A DNA stretch of 64,000 nt from Pseudomonadota bacterium (GCA_002747435.1 PDPH01000052.1:4416-68415); one strand, 5' to 3'. Counted from the first letter of the stretch, positions 28,649-40,100 are shown. Notes: generated from the sequence alone by a model not told the origin. Numbers and translations: made by a program.

Positions 28649-28670
28649 GTTGTGTAAATTGTGTAATTTG

Positions 28671-28702
28671 AAGGTAGTTGTGTTTAACACAACTACCTTT
28701 TC
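28671..28702 (+). terminator. Intrinsic terminator between the two OMP paralogues
   Basis: Perfect 12-bp stem aaggtagttgtg (28671-28682) / cacaactacctt (28688-28699) with loop tttaa, then a short T run (tttt). Confidence 0.6.
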
Positions 28703-28738
28703 CCCAACCCCAATAATAAAAACCACAAGGGATAAACC

Positions 28739-29299
28739 ATGAAAAAAATCCTAATAGGCACTGCACTCAGCCTAATGTTCCTTGGGCAAGGTGTACAGGC
28801 CAGTGACTATGACTATAGTTACGCTCCTGAGACAGAAGAAGAAGGTTTTGGTCAATTATATGCCGGTGTCGGTGCCAGTCTCGCACTGGGCGATTCATTC
28901 AGCACTTGCGATGACCATGACCTTAACTGTTTAGGCTACCGCGCTTATCTTGGCTATAAACAATCTGAAGCGATTGCGATTGAAGGCAGCTACATGAACT
29001 TTTTCCGTGGTCGTGATGATGCCAGCGGCGATAAATACGAAGCCTCTGGGCTTGGCCTATCTGTACTCGGCACGGGTATGATTAAAGATAATATAGAAGG
29101 CTTTGGCAAAGTCGGTTTTGTCGCTTGGACTAATCGTGAGAATGGTAAGTCCGTCGCTGACGGTACAGATTTAGTGTTAGGTGCTGGCGCACAACTGAAA
29201 TACCGCGACAATATTCGTTTTCGGGGCGAACTGGAATACATTGGTGGCGATATGGATAGTGTGCTCTTGAATGCAGGTGTTAACTATTCAACACTTTAA
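28739..29299 (+). CDS. Small outer-membrane beta-barrel protein (paralogue of 27962-28648)
   Basis: Signal peptide (MKKILIGTALSLMFLGQGVQA), beta-strand periodicity, and the same C-terminal ending (GVNYSTL). Confidence 0.72.
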   Translation: MKKILIGTALSLMFLGQGVQASDYDYSYAPETEEEGFGQLYAGVGASLALGDSFSTCDDHDLNCLGYRAYLGYKQSEAIAIEGSYMNFFRGRDDASGDKYEASGLGLSVLGTGMIKDNIEGFGKVGFVAWTNRENGKSVADGTDLVLGAGAQLKYRDNIRFRGELEYIGGDMDSVLLNAGVNYSTL

Positions 29300-29492
29300 A
29301 TAAATGGCTCACCACTGCCTTATAAGCGCAGCCAGAGTTTCTGTTGCGCTTTCATGACACTAATCATTCTCATTCTACCACCATTTAAACCCTTCTTTAG
29401 CTTTATAAAACTGATCCCGCTTGCGTCTGTGATCTGCAAGGCTTAACATTCCGGCTTTTGCCAAAATAGTCAAAATTCAGGAATAATAAACC

Positions 29493-31268
29493 ATGCGTAG
29501 CCATTATTGCGGGCAGGTAGACGAAAGCCTGCTGGATCAGGAAGTCAGCTTATGCGGCTGGGTAAACCGTCGCCGTGATCACGGGGGAGTCATTTTCGTA
29601 GACCTGCGCGACCGAGCAGGACTACTACAAGTTGTGTTTGATCCTGACCGTGCCGAAGTATTTGCTACTGCTGAACGTATCCGCAATGAATATGTACTGC
29701 ACGTCAAAGGCCGGGTACGTCACCGCCCTGAAGGTACTGAAAATCCTAATCTGCATAGCGGCCAAGTAGAAGTGTTAGGTTTAGCGTTGACAGTGCTCAA
29801 TGCTTCCGAAACACCGCCCTTTCAACTAGATGAAGCGAATGTCAATGAAGAAACTCGTCTGACTTATCGCTATATTGACTTGCGTCGCCCAGAAATACAG
29901 CAGCATCTGCAATTACGTGCCAAAGCAACCAGCTTTATGCGCCATTATCTGGAGGAAAATGGCTTTCTTGACATTGAAACGCCTATTCTCACTAAAGCAA
30001 CACCGGAAGGTGCACGCGATTATCTAGTACCCAGCCGTACTCATCCGGGCAGTTTTTTTGCTTTGCCACAATCACCGCAATTATTCAAACAATTGCTCAT
30101 GATGTCCGGTATGGATCGTTATTATCAATTTGCACGCTGCTTCCGTGATGAAGATTTACGCGCTGACCGTCAGCCTGAATTCACCCAGTTGGATATTGAA
30201 ACATCCTTTATGGATGAAGACGGTATTATGAATATCATGGAAGATATGATTCGCACCCTGTTCCAAACCTTGCTGGATGTTACCCTACCCGAAAACTTCC
30301 AGCGTATGACTTACGCCGAAGCGATGGATCGCTATGGCTCGGATAAACCAGACCTACGCATTCCACTGGAATTGGTCGAGGTCAGCGAGCTTATGCAGTC
30401 AGTAGCATTCAAAGTATTTGCCACACCGGCTAAAGACCCTGACAGCCGTGTAGCAGCCTTGCGTCTGCCTAATGGCGGAGCATTAAGCCGCAAAGAAATT
30501 GATGATTACACCCATTTTGTGGGTCGCTATGGTGCGAAAGGTCTCGCCTATATCAAAGTGAATGATGTAGCCGCTGGTCGTGACGGCTTACAATCGCCGA
30601 TTATTAAGAATCTCACGGATGAAGCGCTACAAGGCGTACTGGAACGTACTGGCGCACAAAATGGCGACTTGATCTTTTTCGGTGCAGATAAAACCAATGT
30701 CGTCAATGATGCCTTGGGTGCTTTGCGCGTTAAACTGGGACTGGATCGCAAATTACTCAACAGTGATTGGTCTGCATTATGGGTTGTCGATTTCCCCATG
30801 TTTGAATGGGATGCCGGTGAAAAACGCTGGTTCGCCTTGCACCACCCCTTTACTGCACCTAACTGCTCGGCTGAGGAGCTAGAAGCTGACCCAGGCAAAG
30901 CCTTATCGCGTGCTTATGATATGGTAATCAATGGTACTGAAATTGGTGGCGGTTCTGTGCGTATTCACCGCTCTGAACTACAAAGCAGCGTGTTCCGTAT
31001 CTTGGGTATTTCGGCTGAGGAGGCTGAAGAAAAGTTTAGCTTCCTGTTGCAGGCACTTAAATACGGTGCACCTCCTCATGGTGGACTCGCTTTTGGCCTA
31101 GATCGTCTGATTATGTTAATGACTGGCAGCCAGTCCATTCGTGACGTAATGGCCTTCCCAAAAACACAGACAGCGGCTTGCCCACTGACGAATGCACCGT
31201 CTGAAGTACCTGCCAAACAGTTACGCGATTTACATATTCGCACGAAATTACCAGAAAAAAGTACGTAA
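29493..31268 (+). CDS. aspS: Aspartate--tRNA ligase
   Basis: Class II motifs ([35 protein letters not shown]), 591 aa. Confidence 0.96.
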   Translation: MRSHYCGQVDESLLDQEVSLCGWVNRRRDHGGVIFVDLRDRAGLLQVVFDPDRAEVFATAERIRNEYVLHVKGRVRHRPEGTENPNLHSGQVEVLGLALTVLNASETPPFQLDEANVNEETRLTYRYIDLRRPEIQQHLQLRAKATSFMRHYLEENGFLDIETPILTKATPEGARDYLVPSRTHPGSFFALPQSPQLFKQLLMMSGMDRYYQFARCFRDEDLRADRQPEFTQLDIETSFMDEDGIMNIMEDMIRTLFQTLLDVTLPENFQRMTYAEAMDRYGSDKPDLRIPLELVEVSELMQSVAFKVFATPAKDPDSRVAALRLPNGGALSRKEIDDYTHFVGRYGAKGLAYIKVNDVAAGRDGLQSPIIKNLTDEALQGVLERTGAQNGDLIFFGADKTNVVNDALGALRVKLGLDRKLLNSDWSALWVVDFPMFEWDAGEKRWFALHHPFTAPNCSAEELEADPGKALSRAYDMVINGTEIGGGSVRIHRSELQSSVFRILGISAEEAEEKFSFLLQALKYGAPPHGGLAFGLDRLIMLMTGSQSIRDVMAFPKTQTAACPLTNAPSEVPAKQLRDLHIRTKLPEKST

Positions 31269-31371
31269 GTGCACAAATTTACTAAATTTGTCGCCTAGCT
31301 TTTTCTTTTGGCTGTCTTGTCTGGCTGTTCATAGTGACAGCTAGGCGCAGTCGTAAGTCTTATGCTGGTAC

Positions 31372-32940
31372 TTAGTGTGCATCGCCTTCCGATGACAGGT
31401 GCGAATCAGGCTGGGCAATCTGTTCAGCACTGGCAGTATTAGTGTTTGCACCCGACTTTGACGACTGGGTGCGTCTACGCCGACGGGGCTTTTTGGCTGC
31501 TGTTGGCTCAGATTCAGAAGCCCCAGAATCAGACTTAGTTTGATCTTCGCTCAATGCCTTTCTTTTGCTCCTGTTACCACACATAATTGCAGGCACTTCT
31601 AGTTCAGGCTGTATTGAGTGTGAACGCTTGCGCGGCGGCGGCTGATTGACAGGCTTACGCTTGCTTTTACCCTGTCTGTCATTGCTAGAACGTGAGCGTT
31701 CTTTGCGCTCTCTAGCCTCATGACGCACGGAATGACGCCCCTGCAAAGCTGCTCGTGATGGTTTTTGTAGTTCTGGCACTAAGTCGGGCGTAATGCTGAT
31801 AACTGGCAGGGATTTGCCGGTGTATTCTTCAATATCCGGCAAATAAAATGCAGTATCTTCACAAGCAAAGCTGTGTGCTTCTCCAGATGCACCTGCACGT
31901 GCTGTCCGACCAATGCGATGTACATAATCTTCTGCTACCTGAGGCAGGTCAAAGTTAAAAACATGCGTCACATCAGCAATATGCAAACCGCGCGCTGCCA
32001 CGTCCGTCGCAATCAAAACCTGATATTTGCCCGCACCAAAGTCTTGTAATAAACGCTCACGTTTTTTCTGGCGCACATCCCCGGAAATCATCGCAGCACT
32101 TACCGCATTAACTCGCAAATAGGCCTTGATCTTTTCAGCATTATGTTTAGTATTAACAAATACAATGGCGCGGGAAGGTTGCAGCTTGCGAATCAAACCT
32201 ACCAACAGGGGAATTTTTTCTTGGTTGCCCGGGTAATAAACATGCTCGGCAATATTATCAGCACTCACTGACGCTGTTTCGATTTTAACCTGAGCAGGGT
32301 TATTCATATGCTCATAGGCCAACTCCAGCACTTTCTGTGACAAGGTGGCAGAAAACAGCATATTCAGGCGCTTAGCTGGTGGTGGTAAACGGCGCAATAA
32401 AAAACGTACATCTTGAATAAAACCCATATCAAACATGCGATCCGCTTCATCTAAGACCAACACTTCCGTTTGCTTGAAGTCATAAACGCCCTGCTTCCAG
32501 TAGTCAATGACTCGCCCGGGTGTACCGATCAACAAATCCACCGGCCGCTCAAACTGCCGCCTTTGCTTGTCATAATTGGCACCACCATATACTAATACGC
32601 TGCGTAAACCAGTGTATTTGCCGAGGACATCAGCATCACGAGCAATTTGTATTGCCAGCTCGCGGGTCGGCGCTAAAATCAAACAACGCACACTACCTGC
32701 TTGTAAATCAGTGTTGCTTGCATTCAGTAAGCGCTGGAAAGCCGCTACCAGAAAAGCCCCTGTTTTTCCCGTACCCGTCTGTGCTTGCCCAGTGACATCA
32801 TGACCTGATAAGGCCAGTGGCAAAGTTTCTGCTTGGATGCGTGAACAATATTCAAAACCAGCCTTCTGTAAGGAAGTCAGCACGTGCTCATGCAAGGGAA
32901 AAGAATCGAATCGCGTGTTACTTAGATATAAATTTTCCAT
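31372..32940 (-). CDS. rhlB: DEAD-box ATP-dependent RNA helicase, RhlB-like
   Basis: Q-motif region FDSF..GFEYCSRIQ, AQTGTGKT, DEAD, SAT and HRIGRTARAG motifs, plus an Arg/Lys-rich C-terminal tail. ATG 32940 is preferred over the longer track ORF. Confidence 0.85.
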   Translation of the reverse strand: MENLYLSNTRFDSFPLHEHVLTSLQKAGFEYCSRIQAETLPLALSGHDVTGQAQTGTGKTGAFLVAAFQRLLNASNTDLQAGSVRCLILAPTRELAIQIARDADVLGKYTGLRSVLVYGGANYDKQRRQFERPVDLLIGTPGRVIDYWKQGVYDFKQTEVLVLDEADRMFDMGFIQDVRFLLRRLPPPAKRLNMLFSATLSQKVLELAYEHMNNPAQVKIETASVSADNIAEHVYYPGNQEKIPLLVGLIRKLQPSRAIVFVNTKHNAEKIKAYLRVNAVSAAMISGDVRQKKRERLLQDFGAGKYQVLIATDVAARGLHIADVTHVFNFDLPQVAEDYVHRIGRTARAGASGEAHSFACEDTAFYLPDIEEYTGKSLPVISITPDLVPELQKPSRAALQGRHSVRHEARERKERSRSSNDRQGKSKRKPVNQPPPRKRSHSIQPELEVPAIMCGNRSKRKALSEDQTKSDSGASESEPTAAKKPRRRRRTQSSKSGANTNTASAEQIAQPDSHLSSEGDAH

Positions 32941-33054
32941 ATTAACCAAAGCATAGCATATTGTTCCCCAAAGCTCAGCGTGTTTACACACTTACAAGCG
33001 TCGACGCAAGTATTACAAGTGCTTATACTGTTCGTTTGGCTAACAGGTTCAAGC

Positions 33055-34809
33055 ATGGCAAACGCTTTCCCCTTAAATGCACTGACTGAACAAGGTTTTC
33101 TGGAAGATCAGCTTGCCCGTCTAATGGTGCGTCTGTGCCAAAATGCAGGTATTCAGCTCACGCCAGAGCAACAAATCGCATTGGAACAATTGGCACGTCA
33201 TGCCAGTCTTTCAACACGCCAAGGTATTATTGCCGCACGTCTGCCAGATTCGATTAATCTGGCTGTCTTACCGTCAGACTTACCTGCTTTGGGGCAGGCA
33301 GGTGAATATAAACCTTTAATTATCGAGAATGGCTATATTTGGCTCAACCGTTATTGGCATTATGAACAGCGCCTAGCCGATAATATTCGCGCTCGCCTCC
33401 ACCCATTAACACTCAGCAACTTGCAGCAAGAACGAATTGAAACCGTTCTGGATGACTGGTTTCCTTATGCTGATACCCTCTTGCAACGTCAAGCTGTAGC
33501 ACAAGCAGCCAAATCACCTTTTCTTATTATCTCCGGTGGCCCTGGCACTGGCAAAACAAGCACTGTTACGCGCTTACTCTGCTTACTTATTGAGCAACTC
33601 GACATAGCGCCACAACGCATTCGTTTAGCCGCCCCCACCGGCAAAGCGGCCATGCGCTTGCAAGAAGCTATACAACAAACCAAGCGTAGTTTAAATCTAT
33701 CCCCGGAATTGGCTGAAAAAATTCCTGAACAAGGCAGTACCTTACATCGCTTGCTAGGTTATCTACCAGGGCGCACTCATTTTGCACATCACGCCCATCA
33801 TCCTATTCCGGCAGATGTCGTGATTGTTGATGAAGCTTCCATGATAGATATTTCGCTGATGACACATCTATTTGAGGCCGTGCGACTGGATGCACGTTTG
33901 ATTTTATTGGGCGACAAAGATCAACTAGCCTCGGTAGAAACGGGCTCTATTTTCCGCGACTTATGCGCTCGCCACAGCAAGCGTAAACATCCTTTAGACC
34001 AATTTACCGTTGTTTTACAAAAAAGCTGGCGCTTTAGCGCTGATAGCGGCATCGGCCAATTAGCCCGTGCTATCTTGCAACAGCAGGAAGCAAAAGTTTT
34101 GAAGCTATTAAAACAGCCACCTGCTGATTTAGTCTGGAATAGCAAGGCCGTACTAGACAAACACTATCTGGAGCATGCTTGGGCTGATTACCTAAAAGCC
34201 GTCAAAAACTGGCCAGCCCAAGCTACAGAACAAGCAGAACAGCCCACCGACTTAGCCGCCTTAACTGGGCTATTCAAAGCATTCAATCATTTTCGCATCC
34301 TGACACCACTACGTCAGGGCAATTTGGGAACAGAACAAATCAATCAGACTTTAAGCCGCCTATTAGCAGAGGCGCTAGGTAATGCTAATAAGCGTCAGGC
34401 GCTGTGGTATGCTGGCCGCCCAGTTATGGTGACCAAAAACGACTATCGTCAACACCTATTCAATGGTGATATTGGTATCACCTTAGCAGATACACAGGGT
34501 CAGTTACGTGTCTGGTTTGCTCATCCTGCTACAGGCAGTTTCCGTGCCATTGCGCCAGTACGTCTCCCGCAGCATGAAACGACTTGGGCGATGACTATTC
34601 ATAAAAGCCAAGGCTCAGAGTTTGAGCATGTCTTGATGTTGCTACCCGAAAGCGCAGAATCACGCCTATTAGTGCGTGAATTAATCTACACCGGCATTAC
34701 CCGTGCTCGTCAACGCCTCGATGTGATGGGAAAAGACCACGTATTACTCACTGCTATCCGGCGCAGCTTGCCAGACACCTCCAGAATCAGAGAGCGATTA
34801 CGCTATTGA
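33055..34809 (+). CDS. recD: Exodeoxyribonuclease V alpha subunit (RecD)
   Basis: SF1 helicase motifs GGPGTGKT, VVIVDEASMID, LLGDKDQLASVETG and TIHKSQGSEF. Size fits RecD1. ATG 33055. Confidence 0.85.
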   Translation: MANAFPLNALTEQGFLEDQLARLMVRLCQNAGIQLTPEQQIALEQLARHASLSTRQGIIAARLPDSINLAVLPSDLPALGQAGEYKPLIIENGYIWLNRYWHYEQRLADNIRARLHPLTLSNLQQERIETVLDDWFPYADTLLQRQAVAQAAKSPFLIISGGPGTGKTSTVTRLLCLLIEQLDIAPQRIRLAAPTGKAAMRLQEAIQQTKRSLNLSPELAEKIPEQGSTLHRLLGYLPGRTHFAHHAHHPIPADVVIVDEASMIDISLMTHLFEAVRLDARLILLGDKDQLASVETGSIFRDLCARHSKRKHPLDQFTVVLQKSWRFSADSGIGQLARAILQQQEAKVLKLLKQPPADLVWNSKAVLDKHYLEHAWADYLKAVKNWPAQATEQAEQPTDLAALTGLFKAFNHFRILTPLRQGNLGTEQINQTLSRLLAEALGNANKRQALWYAGRPVMVTKNDYRQHLFNGDIGITLADTQGQLRVWFAHPATGSFRAIAPVRLPQHETTWAMTIHKSQGSEFEHVLMLLPESAESRLLVRELIYTGITRARQRLDVMGKDHVLLTAIRRSLPDTSRIRERLRY

Positions 34810-35351
34810 AGCGCCCGCAAGCGCAACACCAACAAGCGAGCGGCTTCATCACGCAGCTCTTTACGGATAATATGCTCTCCTTCAGCCACACCTAATATAT
34901 AGCGGCTATCATACACCTGAGCTTGCTCTGCACGCACCGTGGCTTTTAGAGACGCTCTATCCGCTTTAACTATCTTAGCTGTCGGCGTGGCAATAAAGTC
35001 TATTTTGATAAAATGATTAAACTCACGCACCTGTCGCACGGAAGAATAAGCAGACACGGTTTTATCTTCCATGAACCGAGTAATGTTCAGCAACAAGTCC
35101 GGCTTAGACTGCGTATCCACAAGCAGCGCTCCTTGAACTTGTAAAGCCTGCTGCAAAGCTTGAATAAACCGGTTTCCGGGTTCCAAACCTGTAATAGCCA
35201 CCCGCCCAAACTGTAAAGGGCGCAACATGGGCGACTCCGCACCACGCAGATGAAAACCACCACAAGCACTCAGCGCAAGACTTAGCAATAAGCCTTGCAA
35301 CACGAGCAGATACTTAGTCGAATCATGGATCCAAGCATTACCAAACATCAT
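34803..35351 (-). CDS. lptE: LPS-assembly lipoprotein LptE
   Basis: Lipobox LALSAC and a position immediately downstream of leuS (conserved leuS-lptE synteny). Confidence 0.82.
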   Translation of the reverse strand: MMFGNAWIHDSTKYLLVLQGLLLSLALSACGGFHLRGAESPMLRPLQFGRVAITGLEPGNRFIQALQQALQVQGALLVDTQSKPDLLLNITRFMEDKTVSAYSSVRQVREFNHFIKIDFIATPTAKIVKADRASLKATVRAEQAQVYDSRYILGVAEGEHIIRKELRDEAARLLVLRLRALQ

Positions 35352-35353
35352 TT

Positions 35354-37957
35354 TTATTTGGCAACAATATTAATCAGGCGTCCCTTGACTACAATAAGCT
35401 TTTCCACGCTCAAACTATTCAAGAAACGTTTTACATTTTCATTGCTTAATGCAGATGCTTTGATCTCCGCTTCATCCGCATCCGCAGCAACCTGCACCTT
35501 ACCACGCACCTTGCCATTCACTTGTACAATTAATTCCAAACTTTGCTGTACCAAAGCAGACTTATCCACCACCGGCCAGTCAGCATCGATAACGGCTTGC
35601 TGATGCCCCAAGGCTTGCCACAACGCATGGCTAATATGAGGGGTGACAGGAGACAGCATTAAAACAATACCTTCCAATACCTCTTGACGAATGCGCTGAC
35701 CAACTTCAGTCTGATCATCAAAGCGTGTGACTTCATTCAAAAGCTCCATATTAGCTGCAATCGCAGTATTGAAGGTGTAGCGCCGCCCCATATCATCAGT
35801 CACTTTTTGAATAGTCTGATGCAGCTTACGTCTTAAATCCTGTTGAGTATTATCTAATTTGCCATAAGGCTCAGTATGCTGCACGATGCCCTGACTCAGG
35901 TGATCGTACACCTGTTTCCATAAGCGACGTAAAAAGCGCTGTGCACCTTCCACTCCAGAATCAGACCACTCCATGCTTTGATCGGGCGGGGCAGCAAACA
36001 TGGAAAATAGGCGCAGAGTATCTGCACCATACTTTTCAATCATTTGTTGCGGATCAACACCATTATTCTTGGACTTGGACATTTTGCTCATGCCTGCTGG
36101 CATAAGGGCTTGGCCATCACTAGCTAATTTGGCCCCCATAACACGTCCTTTATCATCGCGCTCTATGTCTACTTCAGACGGCGGAAACCATTCCACGCTG
36201 CCATTAGCATGCTCACGATAAAAGGTATCCGCCAATACCATACCTTGGGTCAATAAATTGGTAAAAGGCTCGTCAGAGTCGACCAATTCAGCATCACGCA
36301 TAAGCTTATGGAAAAAACGCGCATACAACAAATGCAAAATAGCATGCTCAATCCCGCCAATATACTGATCGACTGGCAACCAATAATTCGCCCGCTCATC
36401 CAACATGGCTTGATGATTGTCTGGGCAGGTATAACGCGCAAAATACCAAGAAGACTCAAAGAAGGTATCGAAGGTATCTGTTTCCCGAGAAGCCGCACCA
36501 CCACACTTGGGGCAAGTGGTTTGATAAAATTCGGACAATTTCTTCAACGGTGAGCCACCCGTTTCGTCAAACTCGACCTCCTCCGGCAAAACAACAGGCA
36601 AGTCCTGCTCAGGCACTGGCACAACACCACAATCATCACAGTAAATCATGGGAATAGGACAGCCCCAATAACGCTGGCGTGACACCCCCCAATCACGCAA
36701 ACGGTAATTGACCTGACGACGCCCTAAACCTTTTTCGGTTAAATCATTAGCAATAGCATTGCAGGCTTCCGCCGAGCTCATGCCAGTGTACTCAGCGGAG
36801 TTAATCAATACACCTTTTTCGACATAAGGCGCGACATTAATATCGATTTCACTGCTATCTTTAGGTGCAATCACTTGCACAATAGGTAAGTGGTATTTTT
36901 TAGCAAACTCCCAATCACGCTGGTCATGGCCAGGCACAGACATAACGGCGCCTGAGCCGTAAGACATCAATACAAAATTGGCAACCCATATTGGTATTTC
37001 CTTACCATTCAATGGGTTAATCGCGGTTAATCCGCTGGGCATGCCTTTCTTTTCCATCTGAGCCAGATCAGCCTCAGCCAGCTTGCCATGCTTACACGCT
37101 TCAATAAAAGCAGCCAATTCAGGATTAGTGGCGGCAGCTTGCAAAGCCAGCGGATGCTGGGCGGCAAGCGCCATATAAGTCACGCCCATAATGGTATCAG
37201 GACGGGTCGTAAAAACGCTTAAATGCTCCTGACTGCCCGTCAAGGCAAACTGCAACTCGACCCCTTCAGAACGACCAATCCAGTTTTCCTGCATCACGCG
37301 CACTTGCTGTGGCCAGCCAGGTAAATTACCCAGCTCCTCTAATAACTCTTCAGCATAAGCCGTAATGCGCAAAAACCATTGATCAATTTCGCGCTGCTCG
37401 ACCACCGCACCTGAGCGCCAACCGCGCCCATCGACGACCTGCTCATTAGCTAATACAGTTTGATCAACCGGATCCCAATTCACAACAGACTTTTTGCGAT
37501 AAACCAGCCCTTTTTCATACAATTGGATAAAAAACCATTGCTCCCAGCGATAATAATCCGGTGCACAGGTTGCAACTTCTCGTGACCAGTCAATACCAAA
37601 GCCCATAGACTTGAGCTGGCTACGCATGTAATCAATATTCCAGTACGTCCATTTAGCAGGCGCAGTTTTATTTTTAATAGCCGCATTTTCAGCAGGTAAA
37701 CCAAAAGCATCCCAACCCATAGGCTGTAAAACATTTTTACCTTGCATACGTTGAAAACGACTAATCACATCGCCAATGGTGTAATTACGCACATGCCCCA
37801 TGTGCAGTACACCACTAGGGTAAGGCAGCATAGACAGACAGTAGTACTTTTCCTTATCAGGATCTTCCTTGACTTCAAAGGTCTTGCTATTTTCCCAATA
37901 TTGCTGGACAACGGGTTCTACTGTTTTGGGATTATATTGTTCCTGCATGCTGCTCAT
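35354..37957 (-). CDS. leuS: Leucine--tRNA ligase
   Basis: HMGH (HIGH) and KMSKS motifs and a CP1 editing domain, 867 aa. Confidence 0.97.
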   Translation of the reverse strand: MSSMQEQYNPKTVEPVVQQYWENSKTFEVKEDPDKEKYYCLSMLPYPSGVLHMGHVRNYTIGDVISRFQRMQGKNVLQPMGWDAFGLPAENAAIKNKTAPAKWTYWNIDYMRSQLKSMGFGIDWSREVATCAPDYYRWEQWFFIQLYEKGLVYRKKSVVNWDPVDQTVLANEQVVDGRGWRSGAVVEQREIDQWFLRITAYAEELLEELGNLPGWPQQVRVMQENWIGRSEGVELQFALTGSQEHLSVFTTRPDTIMGVTYMALAAQHPLALQAAATNPELAAFIEACKHGKLAEADLAQMEKKGMPSGLTAINPLNGKEIPIWVANFVLMSYGSGAVMSVPGHDQRDWEFAKKYHLPIVQVIAPKDSSEIDINVAPYVEKGVLINSAEYTGMSSAEACNAIANDLTEKGLGRRQVNYRLRDWGVSRQRYWGCPIPMIYCDDCGVVPVPEQDLPVVLPEEVEFDETGGSPLKKLSEFYQTTCPKCGGAASRETDTFDTFFESSWYFARYTCPDNHQAMLDERANYWLPVDQYIGGIEHAILHLLYARFFHKLMRDAELVDSDEPFTNLLTQGMVLADTFYREHANGSVEWFPPSEVDIERDDKGRVMGAKLASDGQALMPAGMSKMSKSKNNGVDPQQMIEKYGADTLRLFSMFAAPPDQSMEWSDSGVEGAQRFLRRLWKQVYDHLSQGIVQHTEPYGKLDNTQQDLRRKLHQTIQKVTDDMGRRYTFNTAIAANMELLNEVTRFDDQTEVGQRIRQEVLEGIVLMLSPVTPHISHALWQALGHQQAVIDADWPVVDKSALVQQSLELIVQVNGKVRGKVQVAADADEAEIKASALSNENVKRFLNSLSVEKLIVVKGRLINIVAK

Positions 37958-38123
37958 GAAAGTATCACTATCTAAGAATTTAAAAAGATGAAGGATACAA
38001 AGCTTGCGCGCGGAATACCAGCGATGAACTGAAAATGCGTCACCGTCCTATCATAGCCTGCAAATATCTGCCGACGGTCAATCGTAATGCTAGCAAAATG
38101 TCAGCAATTTGCATTAGATAACT

Positions 38124-38156
38124 TCAATCTTTTCTCAATCTTCTTTCAATCTTTCT
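38124..38156. repeat. Three tandem 11-bp repeats TCAATCTT(T/C)(T/C)(C/T)
   Basis: tcaatcttttc (38124-38134), tcaatcttctt (38135-38145), tcaatctttct (38146-38156). They straddle the stop codon of the DUF1820 gene. Confidence 0.7.
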
Positions 38157-38487
38157 TCTTGTCACCTGAACTAACAGGCCGTGCAAAGGGACTGACATTA
38201 CCTGTTTTACTGCCATCGAGTGCATGGATTTTACTAATACCTGGCTTCTCCACTTCATCAATACGAATAATGGCGTGCATAGGTATAAAAGTACGATTGA
38301 CGGAAGCAAATTCAGATTTAAGACGCTCTTCCGATGGATCGATGACTAAATCGCTTTGCGAGCCAAACACCAATTCTTCAATCGCAATAAATCCATATAA
38401 ATCAGACTCATAAACCTGACGTGCAAAGACTTCAAAGATTTTGTCTTGATTGATAAATGAGATACGGTAAATTCGTGAACTGCTCAA
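38146..38487 (-). CDS. DUF1820-family protein
   Basis: IYRISFINQDKIFEVFARQVYESDLYGFI...FIPMHAIIRIDEV pattern. I place the start at TTG 38487, after the fumA terminator, because the longer track ORF would run through that hairpin. Confidence 0.7.
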   Translation of the reverse strand: MSSSRIYRISFINQDKIFEVFARQVYESDLYGFIAIEELVFGSQSDLVIDPSEERLKSEFASVNRTFIPMHAIIRIDEVEKPGISKIHALDGSKTGNVSPFARPVSSGDKKKD

Positions 38488-38496
38488 GATTTTTCC

Positions 38497-38531
38497 CCAA
38501 AAAAAATAGCTCCCTGCCAATTAGCAGGGAG
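38497..38531 (-). terminator. Intrinsic terminator downstream of fumA
   Basis: Stem ctccctgc (38510-38517) / gcagggag (38524-38531), followed on the minus strand by a run of 8 T (38499-38506). Confidence 0.8.
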
Positions 38532-38573
38532 TTGTATATCATACCATTGTTGTAGCAAACTTTATGGGCGCGG

Positions 38574-40100
38574 TCAGCTTTTTAAAGCATCCACAGCCAT
38601 TTTCTGCTCAATTATTTTATGCCACTTGGCCGGGCCGGTCTGATGAACCGACTCGCCCTGACTGTCTACCGCGACGGTCACAGGCATGTCTTTCACTTCA
38701 AATTCATAAATGGCTTCCATTCCCAACTCAGGAAATGCAAGCACTTTAGCGGCTGTAATCGCCTTGGAAACCAGATAAGCTGCCCCGCCTACCGCCATTA
38801 AATAAACCGCACCGCTATCGCGGATGGCATCAATCGCCATAGGGCCACGTTCAGCCTTACCTATCATGCCCAATAAGCCGGTCTGCTCCAGAATTTGACG
38901 AGTAAATTTGTCCATGCGTGTTGATGTAGTCGGCCCCGCGGGCCCCATGACTTCATCATGTACGGGGTCAACTGGGCCGACGTAATAAATAAAGCGTCCG
39001 CTTAAATCCACCGGCAAAGTTTCACCTTTATTCAACATATCAACCATGCGCTTGTGAGCCGCATCGCGCCCGGTCAACATTTTACCCGATAGCAACACGG
39101 TCTCACCCGGTTTGAGGCTACGCACTGTTTCAGGTGTTACGGTATCCAAATTAATCCGACGTGCTTGCTCGCCACCTTCCAAGGCTATTTTCGGCCAGTT
39201 ATCCAAGCTAGGTGGCGTTTGTAAGGCTGGACCAGAACCATCCAACACAAAATGAGCATGGCGGGTCGCAGCACAGTTGGGAATCATACACACTGGCAAA
39301 GAAGCAGCATGGGTCGGGTAATCTTTGATTTTGACATCTAATACCGTGGTCAAACCGCCCAAACCCTGCGCACCAATACCTAGTTGATTGACCTTTTCAT
39401 ACAATTCCAAGCGCAACGCTTCCACACGGTTTTGTGGGCCACGCGCTATCAATGTTTGAATGTCGATAGACTCCATTAAAACTTCCTTGGCTAGAACAGC
39501 CGCTTTTTCGGCTGTACCGCCAATACCAATCCCCAACATACCCGGTGGACACCAACCTGCACCCATTGTCGGTACAGTTTTCAGTACCCAATCGACAATG
39601 CTGTCACTGGGATTAAGCATGACCATTTTTGATTTATTTTCAGAGCCACCTCCTTTAGCCGCCACATCGACAATCACCTTGTCACCCGGTACTATTTCAT
39701 AGTGAATCACCGCCGGTGTATTATCGTGGGTATTTTTACGCGCCCCTGCCGGATCAGCCAAAATCGAAGCTCGCAAAACATTATCCGGGTGCAAATAAGC
39801 CTGCCGCACGCCTTCATTAATCATATCGCTCAAGCTCATACTACCTTGCCACTGTACCTGCATACCTACCTTAACAAAGGCGGTCACAATACCTGTATCC
39901 TGACAAATAGGTCTGTGTCCTTCTGCGCACATACGTGAATTTACTAAAATCTGCGCAATGGCATCCTTGGCAGCGGGTGACTCTTCACGCTGCCAGGCAG
40001 CATACATGGCATCAATAAAGTCTTGAGGGTGGTAATAGGAAATAAATTGCAATGCGTCCGCAACGCTGGCTATGACATCTTCTTGCTTGATTACGGTCAT
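38574..40100 (-). CDS. fumA: Class I (Fe-S) fumarate hydratase
   Basis: 508 aa with a fused alpha and beta region. Contains ICQDTGI, the GGGSENKS motif and the C-terminal GKAERG. Confidence 0.93.
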   Translation of the reverse strand: MTVIKQEDVIASVADALQFISYYHPQDFIDAMYAAWQREESPAAKDAIAQILVNSRMCAEGHRPICQDTGIVTAFVKVGMQVQWQGSMSLSDMINEGVRQAYLHPDNVLRASILADPAGARKNTHDNTPAVIHYEIVPGDKVIVDVAAKGGGSENKSKMVMLNPSDSIVDWVLKTVPTMGAGWCPPGMLGIGIGGTAEKAAVLAKEVLMESIDIQTLIARGPQNRVEALRLELYEKVNQLGIGAQGLGGLTTVLDVKIKDYPTHAASLPVCMIPNCAATRHAHFVLDGSGPALQTPPSLDNWPKIALEGGEQARRINLDTVTPETVRSLKPGETVLLSGKMLTGRDAAHKRMVDMLNKGETLPVDLSGRFIYYVGPVDPVHDEVMGPAGPTTSTRMDKFTRQILEQTGLLGMIGKAERGPMAIDAIRDSGAVYLMAVGGAAYLVSKAITAAKVLAFPELGMEAIYEFEVKDMPVTVAVDSQGESVHQTGPAKWHKIIEQKMAVDALKS

